Positions 58,386 through 64,000 of a stretch of DNA of 64,000 nucleotides are shown here, piece by piece; the first letter of the stretch is position 1, and every line of letters begins with the position of its first letter. The notes under the pieces were generated by a model, which worked only from the letters and a program-made list of their open reading frames with translations, did not search any database and was not told the origin of the DNA. The stretch comes from Candidatus Iainarchaeum sp. (GTDB taxonomy: Archaea > Iainarchaeota > Iainarchaeia > Iainarchaeales > JAZDDZ01). The stretch is from the NCBI GenBank assembly GCA_043809245.1, contig JAZDDZ010000049.1, positions 13,864 to 77,863 on the forward strand, written 5' to 3'. The translations under genes were made by a program, and so were the position numbers.

Positions 58386-59048
58386 TCACTGTTGGAGAAC
58401 ACAACTTATCGTTACGTTTGGCAGTTCGCTTTTCAGCTTTTCACAATCTGAATCTAAAATTTTGTTGCCCTGCAAACTCATTTCTGTTAGTTTGCTGTTC
58501 CCTGACAGGGCGGAAAAGGGGCTAATATCAGTAATGCCGCTGTAAGTTATATCAAGCCTTTCAAGGTTTTTTAACTTTGAAAGGAATGCCAAATCAGCAC
58601 TACCAATGCCGTTGTGGGAAGCAAAATATAAGTATTTCAGGTTAGTTAAAGATTCAAGTGGCTGGTAATCCAAATCATATGTCTGGCCAAGCAGCAATCT
58701 AACTTCAAGATAGGTCAGGCAGGTTAAATCAGAGATTCCCTCAAAAGCGGAAGTGTCGCCATTGTTTATCTTATCCAATAATTTTTCCAGGCTCGCATTA
58801 TCCAATACAATTAATTCCTTAGTCCAAATGGTTAAACTCTTAGCAACCCTCGTGGAATATTCTGAGTTATGGCATAACTCCGCAGTGGGCTGTGTTCCAC
58901 CATCAGCAGGCGGCGCAGTGCCCCCATTTGTTGGCGGAGTTGTCCCGCCATTATTCGGAGGCGTTACCTGCGGATTTCCGTCACTCGGGCAGCCGCTTAA
59001 TAAAATCGCCATTGCCAAAAGACAGACAATCAAAATCTTTGCATTCAT
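58386..59048 (-). CDS. Leucine-rich-repeat lipoprotein (paralog 3)
   Basis: LLSGCPSDG lipobox. TPP-rich linker. LRRs. Confidence 0.65.
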   Translation of the reverse strand: MNAKILIVCLLAMAILLSGCPSDGNPQVTPPNNGGTTPPTNGGTAPPADGGTQPTAELCHNSEYSTRVAKSLTIWTKELIVLDNASLEKLLDKINNGDTSAFEGISDLTCLTYLEVRLLLGQTYDLDYQPLESLTNLKYLYFASHNGIGSADLAFLSKLKNLERLDITYSGITDISPFSALSGNSKLTEMSLQGNKILDSDCEKLKSELPNVTISCVLQQ

Positions 59049-59123
59049 TTCGAACAGTAATTAATAGATCAAAGTAATATAAAAAGGTTTTGGATTGCAA
59101 AAATTTGGCGGGTGAACGCGGGT

Positions 59124-59342
59124 TCACATGCGCTGCAAAGCGCAGTTCGCGCAAACGCCTTTCTTTTTTTCAATATCTAACTTTAATTCTGCCTTGCAGT
59201 ACTTGCATTTTTGCGCAATAACCTTGCCGACTTTGTCTGCATTGCGCTTAAGGCTCTCGGCGCTTCCAATCCCGCGGTCAACAACGTTTGCAGAGCGGCT
59301 TGCAGTGTTTGCAATTTTTTCAAAGCTTTCCAATAAACCCAT
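59124..59342 (-). CDS. Small zinc-ribbon protein
   Basis: CKYCKAELKLDIEKKKGVCANC. Confidence 0.35.
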   Translation of the reverse strand: MGLLESFEKIANTASRSANVVDRGIGSAESLKRNADKVGKVIAQKCKYCKAELKLDIEKKKGVCANCALQRM

Positions 59343-59560
59343 AAAGAAAATTAATTGCGCAAAGGAATATAAATATGTTTCTCTTTGTCAAGACGCGTAT
59401 TATCCCAAAATAATGCGCCCGGGGGATTTGGCAGCTGCGGCAAACCTTGCTGTCGGGGCATTAAATCACGGCAGCACAGCCGCGGATTGCAGCTGACGCT
59501 AAAAAATGTTAGATGAACTAAACATATACTTTTATATAATTTTGGTTGATTTAATTAATT

Positions 59561-60205
59561 ATGAGGATTCCGCTGTCCAAGAGGCTTAGGAAGAGGCTTC
59601 ACAGGGAATTGGCCCTATTGCAGGACGAGGTTGCTGACATAGTGTACGGAATCTCGCAGGGCGCGGTTCTGCACGGCGGCACCGCGATTTGGCGGTGCTA
59701 TCAGGGCAACAGGTTTTCCGAGGACCTTGATTTTTGCCTGAAAGCGGGAAAAAATTTCAGGCAGGAATTCAGCAGAAAGGCGGTTTCCTCCGGGCTTGAA
59801 CTGCGGAAATTCAGGCAGACTGCAAACACGATTTTTTCCGCGGTCAGCAATGGCGCTGCCGAGGTCAGGCTTGAAATAGCATTGCGGACAGTAAAAAACC
59901 CTGTTGTGAAGCCGTATGAGAAGGCTGACGGAAGCCATATGGATGTGTTTACCCTTTCCCCTGAATGCCTTTTATTGGAGAAAATAGCCGCATACTGCAA
60001 CAGGAAGCTTGCAAGGGATTTTTACGACATATATTTCCTTAACACAAAGATAACTGAAAGGAATGCGGTGAAAAAGGAAATCAGGGCCTTGCTTGCAAAA
60101 GGAATTAAGCCGGTTGATGAAAAAAATCTCCGCACATTAATTTATTCAGGGGCAATACCTTCCTATGGGCAGATGGTTAATGCACTGCAGGGCGGGGAAT
60201 CATAA
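59561..60205 (+). CDS. AbiEii/AbiGii-family nucleotidyltransferase (type IV TA toxin-like, DUF1814)
   Basis: VLHGGTAIWRCYQGNRFSEDLDF matches the AbiEii NTase core (hGGTAl...R.S.DlDf). Confidence 0.65.
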   Translation: MRIPLSKRLRKRLHRELALLQDEVADIVYGISQGAVLHGGTAIWRCYQGNRFSEDLDFCLKAGKNFRQEFSRKAVSSGLELRKFRQTANTIFSAVSNGAAEVRLEIALRTVKNPVVKPYEKADGSHMDVFTLSPECLLLEKIAAYCNRKLARDFYDIYFLNTKITERNAVKKEIRALLAKGIKPVDEKNLRTLIYSGAIPSYGQMVNALQGGES

Positions 60206-60775
60206 ATGAAATACATGAAATATGTCAGAGAGCATTTCGCAGACAAACCAGCATTCTCAATAAGGGATTTGAGGATATTCCTGGCAAAAAAAGGCATAAG
60301 CAGGGGCTATGCCCAGCTGCTTCTCCACAATCTGGAGAGAAGCGGCGAAGTGCAGAGGATAACACGCGGCTTTTACAGCTTCACTGATGATGCAAGCGTT
60401 TCAGGCTTTGCCTTTTCGCCATTTTATTACGGGCTCCAGGAAGCGCTTTCCCTGCGCAACCTCTGGGAACAGGAGACAAACCCAGTCATAATTACGCCGA
60501 AAAAAGTGCGCACAGGAGTGAGGGAAATTATGGGGGCCAATGCTTTGCTGAGGCACATAAACCGAAAAATGTTTTTTGGCTTTGAACCAGTCAAATACTA
60601 CGATTACTGGCTGCCGGTATCTGACATTGAAAAAACCCTCATAGATTTTGCCTATTTCCGCGAGCCGCTGCCAAAAGAAATTGAAAAAAAGCTGGCCAAA
60701 AAAAGCAACAAAGAGACACTCAAAAAATACCTTAAGAAATGCCCGCAATACGTGAAGGATAAAATTAAGCTGTGA
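60206..60775 (+). CDS. wHTH protein, possible AbiEi-like partner encoded downstream of the NTase
   Basis: FSIRDLRIFLAKKGISRGYAQLLLHNLERSGEVQRITRGFY is wHTH. The stop of the NTase abuts its start (TAAATG). Confidence 0.45.
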   Translation: MKYMKYVREHFADKPAFSIRDLRIFLAKKGISRGYAQLLLHNLERSGEVQRITRGFYSFTDDASVSGFAFSPFYYGLQEALSLRNLWEQETNPVIITPKKVRTGVREIMGANALLRHINRKMFFGFEPVKYYDYWLPVSDIEKTLIDFAYFREPLPKEIEKKLAKKSNKETLKKYLKKCPQYVKDKIKL

Positions 60776-63700
60776 ACTGCAGCACTCCCGCGGAGTTGGT
60801 GCTGGCGATTTTGTTTTGCGTTGTTCCAGTTGTCGTGTTCTCTATTTTGATGTCGTATGCTTTGCTTGCCTGCAGCCCATTGACTGTGTTATTCACTGTT
60901 GTTGTTGCGTTGAATTGGTAGATTAGGTTTTGCTGTGAGCAGGAATTGATGCTTCCCCCTGTAATGGAAATCGTGCACGGCGTCGCTATATTTACTGTGC
61001 ATTGTATTGCGGGTGTGCAGCTTGTTGTTTGCCAGGAGCCGTTACAGCAGTAACCGCTTGTGTAAACATTGCTTGAGTCTGTTGGTGAGGGAGTTCCTCC
61101 GCAATAGCAGGCGCCGACATTCTCTGGAGTGATTTCTGTTCCGTTCGGGCAGGGTTCGGGGCCGATGTAGTTGGTGCTTACTACAAAGTCGTCGGTCCAC
61201 ATTTGTTTTTCTTCGGGTGGAAGCCAGGGCACGCCTGAGCTTCCTGCTGCGTTTGTGTAAATTATATTGTCGGGGAAATTAATGCGGTTTATGTGTACAT
61301 TGCTTGTCCTGAATTCAACTTCCTCGCTGTGAAGCACTTTTTTTCCGTTTATCCAGGAGGTTAGGATTCCATTTGATTGCCCGACTGTGTTGAGTTTAAT
61401 GTAAATCTCTATGGGAATCCATTTTCCTGCCCCGTAATCGTACCAGTAGACTTTTGGGTCTGAAGTAACTATTAGGGGGTGGGTTTCAATCCTGTACTCC
61501 ATCTGGCCCCACTGCCATTTTGGCACAATGTATTCTTGCAGGTCTGGGCAGGATAGCCCTTCAGTGTTCCATCCGATTCTGGCGAGTTTTTGTGTGTTCT
61601 GGTTTGGCCACCAGCTCCATGTTTCATCATATTTCATGTACCATCTGAAGTATAGTTCGTCGTGGCTTTTATCAGGAAGCCAGCCGGTTAAACCAATGTG
61701 TGGCTGCACCCTTGACTCAACATTTCCAACAAAGGCATTGCTGTTCATTCTTCCCCCGCGGTTAACAATTTGCGAGTCCTGCAAGCCATATTCATTGAAA
61801 TTAGTTAAATCGCACCATTCACTCCCAGCGGGTCTGCAATCCGAAATATTGCTGTTTGGGTTGCACAAAACCAGCGGGTCATCAGGAACCTCATCATGCC
61901 ATCCCTCGAAATCATCCTCAAAAATCACGCCTTCTCCAGGAGGAGAGCAGCTCTGTGTTTCCGCGGGCTTGTTAACAGTTGTCCCGCAATCATTCGCATC
62001 TGTGCATGTGCGCGCCTGCTGGTTGTTGGTGCATTCACTCCATGCAGTGCATGACCAGTTTTCAGTGCAGCTTGTGGCTTGCGTTGTTGCGGAAGCAATG
62101 CTGGAGTAAGGGGATAGGTTTCCTGCCGCGTCTGCTGCTCTTATTCTATACCTGTAAGTCGTGCTTGCACTCAAACCAGTATTGTTGTAAGTTGTTCCTG
62201 TTGGTGAAGCGATTTGTGAAAAGTTTGAACAGCTTGCACCTGTGCAGCGCTCCAAGCGATAGCCTGTTACACCAACATTGTCAGTTGAAGCACTCCAAGA
62301 CAAATTAACCTGCGAGGAAGAAATCGCGGTGGCGAAAAGATTTGCAGGGGTTAAAGGAGGCGTTGTATCAGATGCGCCCCCGCATGAATTTGCCTGCCAT
62401 GAACCATTGCAACAATAACCTGAAGTGTAAACATTGCTTGAATCTGTTGGTGAAGGCACGCCGCCGCAATAGCAGGCGCCGACATTTTCAAGGGTTATTT
62501 GAGTTCCGCTCGGGCAGGGTTCGGGGCCAACATAATTGCCCGAAATCACATAATCATCCGCCCAGAAAGACTTTTCCTCAGGTTCAAACCAGGGAACGCC
62601 AGAGCTTCCTGCAGCGTTGGTGTATATTATGTTGTCCATGAGGTCCAGGGCGTTGATTCCACCTGCCGCGGTCCTAAGGATAATATTTTCTTCATTTATT
62701 ACAAGCTCGCCGTCTATCCATACTCTTGCAATGCCGTCGCTGCTGCCAAGAGTATTCAGCTTTATGTAGTCCTCAACCAGTATCCACTTGCCTGCGCCAT
62801 ATCTGTACCAGGTATAATCATTAGTGGCTTCAACAATGGCATCATCCACTGCCCAGCCATAAACCATTCTCCCCCATCTCCAAGCAGGAATTATATATGC
62901 GCGGCCTCCTGTCGGTATGTCCCCGCACGAGCCGCCATCAGGAACATGCCTGTACCTTGCAAGCTTGTGAATGTTTTGGTTCGGCCACCAGCTCCAAGTG
63001 GAATCGTATTTTATGTACCGCCTGATGTATAGTTCATCTTGTTGTTCAGGAAGCCAGTGCTTTATTCCTGATTCCGGCTGGACTCTTGACTCAATGTTTC
63101 CTTTCAAAGAATTGCTTCCCAGCCTTCCCTCTGAAGCCACAACGCCTGTATCCGGTTCCCCGTAATAGTTGTAAAAATTATGGAAACCGCACCATTCTGT
63201 TTTATCCAATGGCCTGCAGTTTGAGAAACTGTCGTCACCATCGCATAAAATCAGCGGGTCCGGGTTTGCATCCCTCCATCCCTCGAAATCATCCTCAAAA
63301 ATAACGCCTTGCCCTGGCGTGGAACAGCTTTGTATTTCGGCGGGCTTGTAAACGGTTGTTCCGCATCCAGCTGAATCAGTGCAGGTTCTTGTCTGCGTTC
63401 CGTTAACGCAGCTGCTCCATGTCGTGCAGTTCCAGTTTTCAATGCAAGTGCTTCCTGTGCTTGTAACCTCCAATCCGTTCAATATCATTCCGCCTCCAGT
63501 TGAACTGTAAATCCTTATCGTTAACTGTCCGTCCGTTACATTTGTTTGGCTTGTTCTTGTTATGTGTGTTGCGCTTGGAACGCTTAAATTGCTTATCGCG
63601 TTTGCCCCTTCAACGTCAACATTTATTCCGTTCTGCCCGAACACAGCGTCATAGAAATGAAAAGTAACATTGTATGTTCCGTTGGGAACATCCACAAAAA

Positions 63701-63956
63701 ACCTTTTTTCGGCATCTATCTGATGCATGTCGATTTCCAATTCATTCCCAGAAGACCTTGTGTCAGCGTACACGCCTGAAGTGTTCTCCCAGCCATAGCC
63801 GGTTGCAGCACTGTAAGCCGTTGCAGTGAAGCGAGTGTAACCAGCCATTACTGGGGAGGATGCCGTGCCAAAATCAAGTTTTAACGGAAGCGGGGCAGCC
63901 GCATAGGTTATTCCGGAAAGGAAGAGCAGTAAAGCCAACAATAATGCTTTTTTCAT
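60765..63956 (-). CDS. Large secreted surface protein with a fibronectin-III domain and an internally duplicated module of about 460 aa
   Basis: Signal peptide. An Fn3 segment with the YRYRIRA motif. Two near-identical modules; for example IIYTNAAGSSGVPW and YCCNGSWQ occur twice. Confidence 0.6.
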   Translation of the reverse strand: MKKALLLALLLFLSGITYAAAPLPLKLDFGTASSPVMAGYTRFTATAYSAATGYGWENTSGVYADTRSSGNELEIDMHQIDAEKRFFVDVPNGTYNVTFHFYDAVFGQNGINVDVEGANAISNLSVPSATHITRTSQTNVTDGQLTIRIYSSTGGGMILNGLEVTSTGSTCIENWNCTTWSSCVNGTQTRTCTDSAGCGTTVYKPAEIQSCSTPGQGVIFEDDFEGWRDANPDPLILCDGDDSFSNCRPLDKTEWCGFHNFYNYYGEPDTGVVASEGRLGSNSLKGNIESRVQPESGIKHWLPEQQDELYIRRYIKYDSTWSWWPNQNIHKLARYRHVPDGGSCGDIPTGGRAYIIPAWRWGRMVYGWAVDDAIVEATNDYTWYRYGAGKWILVEDYIKLNTLGSSDGIARVWIDGELVINEENIILRTAAGGINALDLMDNIIYTNAAGSSGVPWFEPEEKSFWADDYVISGNYVGPEPCPSGTQITLENVGACYCGGVPSPTDSSNVYTSGYCCNGSWQANSCGGASDTTPPLTPANLFATAISSSQVNLSWSASTDNVGVTGYRLERCTGASCSNFSQIASPTGTTYNNTGLSASTTYRYRIRAADAAGNLSPYSSIASATTQATSCTENWSCTAWSECTNNQQARTCTDANDCGTTVNKPAETQSCSPPGEGVIFEDDFEGWHDEVPDDPLVLCNPNSNISDCRPAGSEWCDLTNFNEYGLQDSQIVNRGGRMNSNAFVGNVESRVQPHIGLTGWLPDKSHDELYFRWYMKYDETWSWWPNQNTQKLARIGWNTEGLSCPDLQEYIVPKWQWGQMEYRIETHPLIVTSDPKVYWYDYGAGKWIPIEIYIKLNTVGQSNGILTSWINGKKVLHSEEVEFRTSNVHINRINFPDNIIYTNAAGSSGVPWLPPEEKQMWTDDFVVSTNYIGPEPCPNGTEITPENVGACYCGGTPSPTDSSNVYTSGYCCNGSWQTTSCTPAIQCTVNIATPCTISITGGSINSCSQQNLIYQFNATTTVNNTVNGLQASKAYDIKIENTTTGTTQNKIASTNSAGVLQFTA

Positions 63957-64000
63957 CGCTAATAATTAGCGCTTTCCACTATTTATGTTTAACTATTTGT

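Noticed and set aside
61528-63304. Several plus-strand ORFs inside the 1063-aa surface-protein gene
   Set aside because: Antisense shadow ORFs. The duplicated module creates duplicated spurious ORFs.
1-64000. CRISPR arrays or rRNA genes
   Set aside because: No regularly spaced short direct repeats and no rRNA-like conserved blocks were seen on reading the sequence.

Overview
This 64 kb window looks archaeal. Archaeal-type r-proteins L44e and L35Ae-like are present, TATA boxes sit about 25 nt upstream of start codons (leaderless layout), a homocysteine DUF39/NIL-ferredoxin pair is present, and the window is rich in TA modules, LRR lipoproteins and Cys-rich surface proteins. Together these suggest a small-genome, possibly DPANN-like lineage, but that is inference. 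Main content from start to end:
(1) Two tandem nucleotidyltransferase(MNT)/HEPN modules.
(2) The NAD(P)HX repair enzyme Nnr, an HDAC-like amidohydrolase and a PIN protein.
(3) An integrated, AT-rich element of about 15.9 kb (6927-22888). It is bounded by 25-bp direct repeats derived from the 3' end of tRNA-Ala(CGC). It carries a tyrosine integrase next to the intact tRNA, a terminase-large-subunit-like ATPase/nuclease, a single-polypeptide Mrr-nuclease/SF2-helicase/HNH-associated-repeat protein, wHTH regulators, Cys-rich secreted and membrane proteins with C-terminal zinc ribbons, and a tight three-gene operon of unknowns at its left end.
(4) A 1413-aa FtsK/HerA-superfamily ATPase whose P-loop is split by a 435-aa LAGLIDADG intein.
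(5) A RelBE-like TA pair.
(6) A UDP-GlcNAc precursor cluster (glmS, glmM, LbH acyltransferase, SAM-MTase).
(7) A ThiI-like PP-loop ATPase, an HD hydrolase, and a PEP-utilizing-enzyme mobile-domain protein.
(8) A MacB/FtsX-type ABC transporter.
(9) A single-ORF IS66-family insertion sequence with an 8-bp target duplication.
(10) The sulfide-dependent homocysteine biosynthesis pair (DUF39 + NIL-ferredoxin).
(11) An S2P/M50 protease with CBS domains.
(12) tRNA-Ser(CGA) followed by a duplicated tRNA 3'-half and a VapBC module.
(13) serC-like and serA genes.
(14) A redox trio: ferritin-like, rubredoxin-like and FTR-catalytic-like proteins.
(15) Three tandem LRR lipoproteins, an AbiEii-type nucleotidyltransferase pair in inverted order, and a 1063-aa secreted protein with an internal duplication.
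No CRISPR array or rRNA was seen. All calls rest on motif recognition by eye; no database searches were run.
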